Assembly (NCBI RefSeq): GCF_039654945.1
Contig: NW_027361788.1
Location: 28,520,001 to 28,584,000, forward strand
Length of the DNA: 64,000 bases
Direction: 5' to 3'
Source: Dendrobates tinctorius
Taxonomy: Eukaryota
The notes beneath the pieces are model-generated. The model did not search any database. It was not told the origin of the DNA and saw only the letters and a list, made by a program, of their open reading frames with translations. A program made the position numbers and the translations under genes. Shown piece by piece: positions 24,411 through 35,683 of this stretch; positions within the stretch are counted from its first letter, which is position 1; each line of letters opens with the position of its first letter.

Positions 24411-24723
24411 GGCTGTGTGCCCACGATGCGTTTTGTTAAGCGTTTCCGCAGCGTTTGAGCCGGATCAGACGCTGCAGAAACGCTTAAAAGATGCATCAAA
24501 TTAATTAGCATGCATTTTTGGCTTTTTGTGCCAATGCATGCGTTTTTAACCGCTCAGGAATCGCTTAGCGGCTAAAAACGCAGCATGCTCATTAATTCCC
24601 GCATTGCTCAGCGTTTTTAGCCATCCCCAATGTTCCCAGAAATCGCGTGTCAAAAAACGCGCGTTTTCTGGGAAGGGGATCCTTTTCCTGAGCGTTTAAA
24701 AACGCTAGCGTGGGCACATAGCC
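24411..24723. mobile_element. Harbinger/Tourist-like MITE (inverted sister copy at 24823-25192)
   Basis: TIR GGCTGTGTGCCCAC / GTGGGCACATAGCC, TAA TSD. Confidence 0.88.
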
Positions 24724-24822
24724 TAAATCTGCCTTTTGTATGATAAATAAGTTGCACAGCCTTCATTATTATACTAAGGCTGTGTGCACACGCTGCAGAA
24801 TTTTCCGCGTGGATTTGTCTAA

Positions 24823-25192
24823 GGCTATGTGCCCACGTTAGCGTTTTTAAACGCTCAGGAAACTGATCCCCTTCCCAGAAAACAGTGTTTTATTTCCACA
24901 AGTTTCTTGCTCGTTTTTTGCACAAAAGACGCGCGTTTTTGACGCGTTTTTGACGCGTGTTTTCTGGGAGCATTGGGGAAGGCTAAAAACGCTCAGCAAT
25001 GCGGAAATTAATGAGCATGCTGCGTTTTTAGCCGCTAAGCAATTCCTGAGCATTTAAAAACGCATGCATTGGCACAAAAAGCCAAAAATGCATGCTAATT
25101 AATTTGAAGCTTCTTTTAAGCATTTCTGCAGCGTCTGATCCGGCACAAACGCTGCGGAAACACTTAAAAAAACGCAACATGGGCACACAGCC
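24823..25192. mobile_element. Harbinger/Tourist-like MITE nested in MITE 24778-25457
   Basis: TAA TSD at 24820-24822 and 25193-25195. Reverse complement of 24411-24723. Confidence 0.88.
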
Positions 25193-25474
25193 TAAATCCG
25201 CAGGTCAAAAGACCTGCGGTTTATCTGCGGATTAGCCTGCAGTTTTCTGCTGCGGATTGACACCTGGACAATGGAGCAGGTGCAGATTCCGCCCAAAGAA
25301 GTGACATGCTGCGGATTTAAAACTGCAGCAAATCCGCAGCAAGTGCACTGCGGTTTTCATTTTCCATTGAAAATAAAGGTACTTTACAACACAGCAGAAA
25401 CTGCTGCATATCCACAGCGCCAAATCCGCTGCAGATCCGCAGCATGTGCACACACCCTTAGGGTATGTGCACAC

Positions 25475-26345
25475 TAGGGTGACCGCAAAAAATCGATGTC
25501 GGAATCTTGTCCGTCTGGACCCCACAAAACGATTCCCCTTTCCAGATATTGAGATAGCCAAAATTTCAGCTCGATCAAACGACGTTAACCCGTGCCGCTC
25601 GTCGCTCAAAGTTTGAAAAAATCCAAATTGAGGTATTTTAAGATTTAGGTATTTTGCATAGTCTGTTAGACTATAAAGAATGTGACAACAACATTGCAGA
25701 AATAGCCCTGACCAAATTTTCCAACCATTTGTGGTATTTGAATGCAGAGTTGGTGGGATTATCGTTTTTTGATCCCACCATTACAGACAATGAAAAGTTG
25801 TTAATGGCTAATAAATTGCTCAGTAGCACAGATGAACCATCAGAGCACGCTAGGGTTGTAAATCCAAAAGTTAGGAAAGAAAAATTAAGAGGTAGGAAGT
25901 AACCGACTTTACCGACCTTCTGATAAAAGATGAAGAACAAAAGCAATATGTCCTGCAAGTTGTAAGCAAATGCCGAGCATTATATTCTGACGTTTCAAAA
26001 ACTACTTTAACAAAAGCTCTAGAATAGATTAGATAACTATGTAAAATTATCAACTCATGTAGGTTAGCGTGCTCTGATGGTTCATCTGTGCTACTGAGCA
26101 ATTTATTAGCCATTAACAACTTTTCATTGTCTGTAATGGTGGGATCAAAAAACGATAATCCCACCAACTCTGCATTCAAATACCACAAATGGTTCGAAAA
26201 TGTGGTCAGGGCTATTTCTGCAACGTCGTTTGATCGAGCTCAAATTTTGGCTATCTCAATATCTGGAAAGGGGAATCGTTTTGTGGGGTCCAGACGGACA
26301 AGATTCTGACATTTTTTCCCCCCCATATGAGATCCGGTCACCCTA
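25475..26345 (+). mobile_element. Non-autonomous hAT-superfamily (hATm-like) element with internal inverted duplication and transposase fragments
   Basis: TIR TAGGGTGACCG / CGGTCACCCTA, perfect 8-bp TSD GTGCACAC at 25467-25474 and 26346-26353. Peptides FSNHLWYLNAELVGLSFFD and DFTDLLIKDEEQKQYVLQVVSKCR..KTTLTKALE*. Confidence 0.8.
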
Positions 26346-27081
26346 GTGCACACGCTGCGGATTCGGCCCTGTGGATCTGCAGCAGTTCCACAGGCATTGT
26401 ACAGTACTATGTTAGCCAATGGGATTTCAAAACCACAGTGCACATGCTACAGATTTTTCCACGTGGATTTGCTGCGGTTTTAAATCCGCAGCATGTCACT
26501 TCTTTCTGCGGTTTTCACAGTGGTTTGCCACCTGTTCCATTGTCCAGGTGTCAATCTGCAGGGGAAAACCACAGGCAAATCTGCAGCGTGTGCACTCGTC
26601 TTTGTTTCAATTCCTCACCATTTTCAAGATCACTGCTTGCTGTGATTGCACAGAAGCATTTCTTTTCAGAGACTAAAAAAACCCATCGTGATCCCGTCCT
26701 GCTGACACAGGGGCAGGGCTCGTTACCCTACAGAGCTGTTATATGTGGTAACGAGTCTGCCCCTGTGTCAGCAGGAAGACTTGTGCGTTACCGAAGTCAG
26801 TAGGGGAAGCCACAATATTGCTGAAATCAGACAGGACCCCGGCAATGATCACTTACATCTGTGGGAAGCTGCCGGCGCCTCCATAGGGAGAGTTCGGTAT
26901 TACACGGTCCTCCAGAGGTTGCATTGCCTTAGGTTCTTCTTTTGATCACTGAGGGTCCAACCACTGCTCCATTCACAGGACCCTTGATCAGGTGATCGAT
27001 GGGACCCCCAGTGATCATACATTCGTCACTCCTGCTGCTTTTCGTTGGCCAATCCTTATTAGGATATTTTCCAATAGGGTG

Positions 27082-27130
27082 TTTTTTTTTAAACTTTGTT
27101 TATTGAAAATATACATAAGAACAAACACAT
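27082..27130 (-). mobile_element. Tiny retroposed poly(A) fragment
   Basis: T-run plus TTTATT, flanked by the direct repeat TAGGGTGTTTT at 27075 and 27131. Confidence 0.7.
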
Positions 27131-27249
27131 TAGGGTGTTTTGATGAACCTGCACCAGGGGAAATATACAGAGTGCCAGTAACATTTGATATGGAGGTCTC
27201 AGGGGGAGTCAAGAAATTCCTTTAATTTTTCCTCCATTTTCTTTTTCAG

Positions 27250-27359
27250 GTGTAGCTGCTCCCATGGAGTTGGGGACCTGCCGCTGTTGCTTTATCAGTC
27301 AGACATTGCACTTGTTTCACACTCCGTCAGAGCACAGATAGCATCGCTAATATCCCAGG
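27250..27359 (+). other. LRRC8A: Probable LRRC8A non-coding 5'UTR exon 2 (110 bp)
   Basis: Strong acceptor ttttctttttcag| and donor |gtgagt in unique sequence. Mammalian LRRC8A has a similar-sized non-coding exon before the large coding exon. Confidence 0.65.
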
Positions 27360-30300
27360 GTGAGTGCCTGCACCTGTAGTCACACAGCAACCAATCTCTA
27401 ACTAGCTCTTAATTTCCTCATGTAGGTTGCAATTTAAGAGAAGCGTCCTGATTGGTTGCTGAGAGCCGCTGTTCTACTTTTAGATCTGTGTATTTCTCCG
27501 TGTTTTCCGCTGACTCAGCCGTGCAGACACCACACCCGCCATGCCATTCTGTGCCAGTGCTGAGTTACTGCTGCCAGCTAACCTGTACACACCTTTGGTT
27601 CCTGCCCCCGCTCTGTACAATATTGCTGCACAGCACATTTAAAGCAGTTGTCCACGTTTTGGAATCGTTTTTTCTTAATGCAGGTACTTTGATCTAATGA
27701 TCATTCTTGCAATTGGAGTTATTAAAAATGTTGCACCGTTTTGCTTTTACAAGCTCTTTGTTTCCCTGTACATTCATCTTTGATGTGGTCTATGGTCAGA
27801 AATCAGCTGAGAGGAGCTCAGAAAAAGACAGCTAAGGGCATGTGCACACAGTGCGGATTCTGCTGCGGATTTTTCCACGCAAATTTGCAGGTAAATCCGC
27901 AGGTAAAGTGTAATGTGGATTTGCCAGCAGTTTGCCCCTGCGGTTTGCCACCTGTACAATGGAACAGGTGTCAAACCGCTGCGGAATCCGCAGAAAGAAG
28001 GGACGTAGTTGTGAATACCACCGTTCACAGTACAAGGTACTGGAAAACAGGGAAAAAAAATGTGTAAGAACGCAATTCCTAAACTCACTTTTTGGATTCT
28101 TTATTAGCTTGTGGATAAAAAAAAAAATTCAGAACTTTGTTAAAAAGAAAATCTTGATTTGTGCCGACTTTTTCTGAGATGTAATTGGCCGATTGAGCCA
28201 CTTCGATGCCGCTGGCGGCGTTTAGCCGCAGCGTTTAAATGGTTCATTATTCACCTCCTGTGTCCGCTGCTGGTTCAGCAGCTCCATACAAAGCTCATAA
28301 AAGGCGTTTACATGGTGCTGAATAGAGAGGTGATACATCTACAATATCCCTGTTTTTCTATATTTGTATTCATTTTATGATAGACCTGATCTTCTCCATA
28401 CACTGGGAGAAGCATCAGGCGTGTTGAATTTCAACATGCCCGATCCTTTGATCTCCAGGGAGTCACAGGTGGCTGGCCAGCAGCTTCCATTCTTCCCTAT
28501 GAGAATATGTGCACTCTAAACTGAGCGTGTATGAGAAGGATTGGAGGGTCCTCCAAGGGAAAGAAGCTGCTGGTCAATCCGCTATTGATCGTCTGTGGGC
28601 AACTTTAGACCGTTTCACGCTTCCATCATTCACGGTCCAAGTACACACCCCAATGTCCAGATCGGCCAGAGTCTTCTGATCCGATCTCAACAGCCACACA
28701 TCTGCGTATGAAGTGGAGTGTACATGAGCGAGCAGGTTGCTGCCGCCCTTCCCTCACCCAAAAATGTCACACTCAGTTAGGGCCTGCTGTTCTCTTCAAG
28801 GATTTTTACAAGGCTGCTTGTTTCAGGAGCTCAGAAAAGGTCCTGACAAGCAGGTGTTTTCTTTCACTTTTTTTTTTTTTTTTTTCCATTGCATCACTTT
28901 TAGGGATTGATTTATGTTTTGTTTTTTCCTTTTACTTTGCCATTTTTTTTTCTTTTGCTTCTTTTATTGTTTGCTAATTATTTTTTCTACTTTTTTGGGG
29001 AGGACGTTTTACGATAAAAAAAAGTTTTTGTTTTTATTTTTTTTTTCCTATTTTTGTTACTAAGGCCAGGATGACGACTTTCCCCACATGTACTTGGTAG
29101 AAGACTCTCAGGGCTCACATGTTATGGCGACATCCACTATTAGCCACCATTATAAGTCCCACATGGTTGTCAGCCAGCCTCCAAACACGAGCTACATGGG
29201 TAAGCTTTTTAGTCGTCGCCCTCCTTTGAGAGTCATCCAAACACTGAGCCATAGGGTTGTTTCGTGCGTAATGGGTAACCCTTTACTACACTGCCCCCTC
29301 CTCGGGCAGACACATTTGTGCCATGTTTGGTCACCTTGTGGAGGTGCTCAGGTTGGGGCACAGCCAGGGCTCGGGCTGCCAGTAATCATTTCTGAGAAGT
29401 GAATTCTTGGCCGCTCACCCAGCGCTGGAAGACGTCTCCTGTCTTATTGTGCGTGGACTTTGATTTCCTTTCTATTAATCTGCGTCACGTTGTTTTATGT
29501 GTTTTGTGACTGGTTCGGGCTGAATCCATCGTTCTGGCAGAGGAAGCTGAGCCATACGGTTCTTGCCAGTTCCCCGTACAGCGCCTTGCGACAAGCTCGT
29601 CATCACTGTGTGACTTTCTCATCTAAGCGTGCAGCCGTAAAAGTCAGTGCTTCCAAAAAAAAAAGAGCGTAAGAGAAGGCCCAAATTTCCAGATCCGGAT
29701 CTAGCACAGGTACAGATCACTTGTAATGGGGCTGGCTGTTGCAGACACGAAAAGATGCAATAGCTCAAAAGTGAGTTTTTATCATGGGAGACATTCTGGC
29801 AAAAAGTGAAATGAGTTGTATTGCAATTTTTTGGTTATTAGCAAGTATGGTACGATGGGCTGATTGTGAGCGATCATTTGCAAGTTTGCATAAAGGTAAA
29901 GCACATGTTCTATTACTCTGTCGCCTAATTGGGGGACACAGAACCGTGGGTGTTATGCTGCTGTCCACTAGGAGGCGACACTATGCATAATCTGAAAAAG
30001 ATTAACTTTGGCTCCTCCTCTGCAGTATACACCCCTGGACGGCGTCAGCCCTCTCCAGTTTTTGCTTAGTGTCGCAAGGAGGCACACCTAGGAGTTTTTA
30101 CGCCGTCTTTTTTTTTTTTTCCAATGGACTACAGATGAAGAAAAGCGGGTCTCCAGCGAGACTCCCAGCATGGCTCCCTCCTTGGTCCCCTATTAGGGGT
30201 ACCTGGTTGAGGTCGAGGTGGCTATTCCTCATGTCGCTCCTTCCCCAGTCCTTCGGGTACTGGTTCGAAGTTGAGAACCCCCCCCCCCCTCAGTTCCCTT

Positions 30301-31079
30301 TAGCTCTGAGTTGAGGTTGAGCCGCCGACGAAGCCCCCTGACGGTGATGGCAGCACCCTCCCTAATCCCCCTCTGGGGGTATTAGGTTGAGACACCGCAG
30401 GTGGGGCCTGAACCAGGCACCATTCGGACGCTTACAAGCCCAGGGACCCCAGTCCAGCTGCGGGCTCCGGTTGGGACCGGGGGAGATGCAGCAAGGCAGA
30501 GCACTTGTTAGAGACCGGATTCTCTGCTGCACAGCGCCTCAAAGGGACCCTCCACAGGGCCTAGTGCGCGTTCAGACCCCACCACTAGCCTTCTTTTTCA
30601 TTCCGGGGTGGGTGGGTGTCTGGGTTAAATCCAACCCCCCCACGGGCAACCGCACCGTCCTGGAGCCCTGCTAGGCATAGATCTCAAATTTAGGCCGTGG
30701 CTTCGGCCTAGCCGAAGCTGCCGCCCCCCGGATGACGAAAATGACACTCTGCAGTGTCATAGAAGGGGCGGATCGAGACAGGAAGGGCCCGCTTTTACAT
30801 AGCTCTGTGCGCCCTTTTCGGCTCTTCGCCCCTTCCCCCTCCACCTCAGAATTCCGGTGGCCATCTTGCTGCACCAGAAGACATAGCTGAAGGCAGCACA
30901 GCGGTCTCTGGGGGGCACAGGACTGGGATTTATCGCCGCTGGACCTAGGGGGCGCACCGGTGGGGTAAGATCACAGCTGGGTTCTCTGTACTCAGCTGTG
31001 AGTTCATATAACGCTCCCCTATTCTTCTCCTCTGCGCAGATACCTCTGTAGGGCCTCTGCTAATCAGCCTCTGGGCACT

Positions 31080-32982
31080 ATGTCGGGCTCAAGAAAGAGG
31101 ACCAGACAAGACTGCTTTTATGCAGTCTGCACAGCCTGCAAGGTTACTCTCCCCAGCGGCAGCACATACCCGCACTGCCGGGACTGTATCCAAAACACTG
31201 GATCAGAACCCCAAGAAGTCCTTACCAACGCTTCTGCGACCGCTACTGCGCCGGAATGGGCGACTCAGATGTCGCAGTCTATGACACAGTCTATAGATAA
31301 CCTGACCTCCACATTACTGCAGGGTCATGTCTCGGCTATGAACGTTACCCAGCAAAGGGACATCCGGTCTCAGGGACATGCCGCTTCCGACAGTTTGAGA
31401 TGTAAGCGGACCCACAGGTCGCGTTCATCTGCGTCTTCGCATAGCACTAGGTCGTCCCCCTCCAGGGAGAGAGACAGTGGCTCGAGGTCACCTAGACAGT
31501 CCCCTGATAGAGAAAGACAATGTGGATCTCCACAACGATCCCAGACCACAGAACACCTCCGCGCTAGTTCGCCCGCTAGGGAGCTCCTTAGCGATGCGCA
31601 AGACTCGGAGGGCATATGTGACTCTAAGGGTATGTGCACACTCTGCGGATTCCGCTGCGTTTCCGCAGCAGTTTTAGCTGCGGCGTACAGTACCATTCAA
31701 ATGAATGGTAAAAAAAAAACACTGTGTAGACGTTGCGGAAAAATCCACGCGGATTTGCTGCGGTTTTGAAACCGCAGAAAGAAGTGACATGTCAATTCTT
31801 TCTGCGGAATCCGCAGCGGGTTCCTATCTCCACCATTGTGGAGATGGTGAATCCGCAGGACCAAACCGCAGGCAAAACCGCAGATAATCCGCAGGTCTTT
31901 TGACCTGCGGTTTATCTGCGGTTTTTGCAAAATCCGTGCGGATTAATCCGCAGCGGATTCCGCAGCGTCTGCACACACCCTTACTCAGATAATGAAACAG
32001 AGAACGCTCTGCTCCCTTGTCCCCCTAGCAATACGGCGCTAGTTGAGGATATAATTTCCTCCATCCTTTGGGTGCTGGACATTTCTGATCCAACCCCGGA
32101 AGCACCAGATCACAAGATTTCCTTCGAGAATGTTCAGAAACCATCTAAGGTCTTCCCTAATCACCCGGAAATTCAAAAAATACTTTTCAAGCATTTTTCG
32201 CAGCCTGAGAAAAAATTCCGCAATTGCAAATACATAGAAGCAAAGTACCCTTTCCCACAGAAGGAAACTAAGGAATAGACAGATCCACCTGAAGTGGACC
32301 CCCCAGTCTCTAGGCTAGCAGCACAAACGCTTCTCTCACTGCCGGACAGCTCAACCCTCAAGGACGCAGCAGACAGACAGGTAGAACGCATGAAGAGGCT
32401 GGTGCCTCTTTGGCTCCCGCGTTTGCTTCAGTTTGGGCAGCCACGGCCATTATGGCCTGGGCTAAACTATTGCAACAGGGCCTCCAAGCTTCAAATCCTC
32501 AGCTGGCGGACCAGGCGGTGCAAATTTCAGTAGTGGCAGATTACATGGTCCAGGCAGCGTTGGATTCTGCAAGAGGGGTAGCGGGAATAGCATCAAACGC
32601 CATCACGATCCGACGTATTCGCTGGCTGAGAGAATGGAAGGCGGATGCGGCCTCAAAAAAGTCTCTAACAAATGTCCCATACTTCAGTGGGCGTCTTTTC
32701 GGTGAAAAGCTGGATACAATGATATCCATTGCTATCGGGGGTAAAAGTACTTCTCTCTCTCAACTAAAACCAAAACGCACGTTTAAAAGACGTAATCAAT
32801 CTCGTTTCCGATCCTTTCGGAATTCTTCAGGCTGGTCCGTCTCGCGCCCAGCACAAAATCGTAACCGCTCCCCCCGCAGAGACAACACACGGGCGGCACA
32901 GAGGCAGGACAGGAACTGGCAGTCAAAATCAAGCCAGACGAAATTCAAAGGAGGAAAAGCTCAGACTTTCCCCTCATCATGA
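31080..32982 (+). pseudogene. DIRS gag-like ORF (N-terminal Cys-rich motif), broken by MITE 31628-31980 and stops
   Basis: CTAC..HCRDC, Ser/Arg-rich linker, then P.VDPPVSRL and RRIRWLREW..GRLFGEKLD motifs. Confidence 0.8.
31628..31980. mobile_element. Harbinger/Tourist-like MITE inserted in DIRS gag
   Basis: TIR GGGTATGTGCACAC / GCACACACCC, TAA/TTA flanks. Same family as 20199-20519. Confidence 0.9.
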
Positions 32983-35683
32983 CTCATAGCCTCTGGAAAA
33001 CACCCCACTTGTAGGCGGACGACTGCTATTCTTTCATCAGGTCTGGCTGCCTATTACAGAAGACAGGTGGGTCAAGGAAATAGTGTCTTCAGGATACAAG
33101 ATCGAGTTTACTACCATCCCACCGAACAGGTTCTTTCTCTCCGTTCCTCCAAAACCTCCACTCAAGGCTCGAGCCTTCCATCAAGCGGTTTCTTCCCTCC
33201 TTCAAGCAGGAGTTATAGTACCAGTTCCAGCAGACGAGCGCTTCCAAGGGTTCTACTCCAATCTGTTCGTGGTGCCCAAGAAGGGAGGCAGCGTCCGACC
33301 CATACTAGACCTCAAGCAACTCAACAAGTATGTTCGAGTTCGTCACTTTCGCATGGTGTCCCTCCGGTCAATCATCGCGTCCATGGAGAAAGGAGAATAT
33401 CTCGCCTCCATAGACATACAGGACGCATACCTGCATATACCAATTGCTGCCGCCCATCAGAGATTCCTTAGATTCGCAATCAACCAAGACCATTACCAGT
33501 TTGTGGCCCTCCCGTTCGGACTCGCCACGGCTCCCAGAACATTTACAAAGGACATGGCAGCTACCATGGACGTTCTACACTCCAGAGGCATATTAGTCGT
33601 TCCATACCTGGACGACCTTCTCATCAAGGCCCCCACCTTCAAGGACTGCACTGCGAGGTCAACGTCTCAATCACAATCGACACTCTGAGTCGCCTGGGAT
33701 GGTTAGTCAATTTACAGAAGTCATCGACTACCCCGAGTCAGTCTCTGGCCTTCCTAGGGATGCTATTCGACACCTCCAGGGGTCTGGTGATCCTCCCCAG
33801 GGACAAGGCACTAGCCCTCCATTTGGGAGTTCGCACTCTCCTCCGCAAGTCCCCCCGATCTCTCCGGTATGCCATGAGAGTACTCGGCAGGATGGCAGCA
33901 GCAATGGAGGCGGTACCATTTGCCCAGTTTCACCTCAGACCCCTTCAACTGGCCATCTTCAAGTCCTGGAATCCGTTCTCCCTCGACAGGGAGTTCCGGT
34001 TATCATCGAAAACCAGGAGGTCCCTGCACTGGTGGCTCAAGCCAACCTCACTTGCAAGGAGAAAATCCTCTCTTAGGTCAATGGAAGGTTTTGACCACCG
34101 ACGCAAGCCTGACTGGTTGGGGCGCGGTGCACCTACATCACAGAGCGCAAGGCAAGTGGTCACCAACGGAAGCGAACATGCCCATCAACATCTTGGAAAT
34201 TCGGGCCATCTTCCTGGCATTGAAAGCCTTCCATCACTTGCTAGCAGACTCTCATATCAGAGTACAGTCGGACAATGCCATGGCGGTGGCGTATGTGAAC
34301 CATCAAGGCGGGACCCGCAGAATCCAGGCGATGAACGAAGTAACACGTATCCTACACTGGGCGGAGGATGCGAGGTCGGTACTCTCTGCGGTCCACATTC
34401 CGGGTGTGGACAGCTGGGAAGTCGACTATCTCAGCAGACAAGGAATGGACTCGGGGGAGTGGTCTCTCCATCCCGAAATTTTTCGTCGGATCTGCCATCG
34501 CTGGGGGACCCCGGATGTGGATCTAATGGCATCCCATCTCAATGCCAAGGTTCCCAATTTCATGGCCAGGACGCGCGATCCGTGGTCGCTCGGAGCAGAT
34601 GCCCTGGTTCAGGACTGGACCCAGTTCCAGCTTCTGTACATTTTTCCACCCCTCCCCCTGATCTCCAGAGTCCTGAGGAAGATCAAACAAGAGGGAGTTC
34701 TGTTGTGAGTTCATTTTCCCCTCCGTCACTGAGGCCTGGTGAACTCCCTATTCTAGTGAAGGAAGGTAGTGAGCCTGATTATCAGGCACCTGGGACTAAT
34801 GAAGACGATTGGCTGAGTGGAGTCTCTGACTGGATTTAAGGCAGCCTACGCCCTTTCTGCCCTGCGGGTGATTTCTCCGTGGACTCTTGGACACCAGTCT
34901 GATTCCTGCTCTCCTAAAGCTAAGTTTTCTGTTTTGCCTTTTTGCATCTAAGATTTGTTTTTGTTTTTCTTGCTTTTTGGATTCTGCCACTCCCTGCTGG
35001 AGTGTGCAGTGTTCCTTGAGCTCTGTCTTCTGAAAGTACCTGAGTGCTGATTTAGTTTTTGAAGCTTAGTTGCTTCAGGGCCATTTTTATATCAGCTTGC
35101 TGGCTTTTGGCTCTGATAGGGTTTTGGCAGATTGCAGACAGCAGCCTTCCTATCCGTTCCTATCTAGGTAGTTTTTGGGCCCCGTCTTTGCTCAGCCTGT
35201 CTTTCTGTCTGTGTAAGTGTTTTCATCTTGCTTCACCGTCATTATATGTGGGGGGCTGCCTATTGCTTTGGGGTCTGCTCTGGGGCAGTTAGATTCCCCC
35301 TTTCCTTCTTTAGGCCTATGTATCTCTCCGGCTGTGATCGAGGGGTCTAGGTCATCGTAGGAACCCCCCCCACGGCTACTGCTAGTTGTGTTGATAGGTT
35401 CAGGGGTCTGTAATCTGATAGTTGCCAACTTCTCTGGTTTTCAGGACTTAGCTAGCATTTCTGTTTTTGCCTCCTACGGTGACTCAATCATAACAGAGTT
35501 CCCACCGTCCTGATCGCGCCAGACAGGCCCAGGTGTACATGGTACGCCGACGTCGTGCAACTCACAGCAGACGCCCCCTGGCGTCACCCCACACGTCCCG
35601 AACTTCTGTCACAAGGCCCGTTCTTCCACCAGAACTCAGGGGCTCTCAATTTGACGGCGTGGCCATTGAGACCTGGGTTTTGA
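32980..35683 (+). pseudogene. DIRS RT-RNaseH-methyltransferase-like ORF (frameshifted, split by solo LTR)
   Basis: FYSNLFVVPKK..RPILDLK, LPFGLATAPRTFTK, YLDDLLI; TTDASLTGWG..HINILE-like..SDN; DLMAS..YIFPP..LIAP..W. Frameshifts near 33660 and 34070. Confidence 0.9.
34701..35495. mobile_element. Solo LTR (795 bp) inserted in DIRS
   Basis: TGTTGTGA...TCATAACA termini, 6-bp TSD GAGTTC at 34695-34700 and 35496-35501. Confidence 0.88.
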
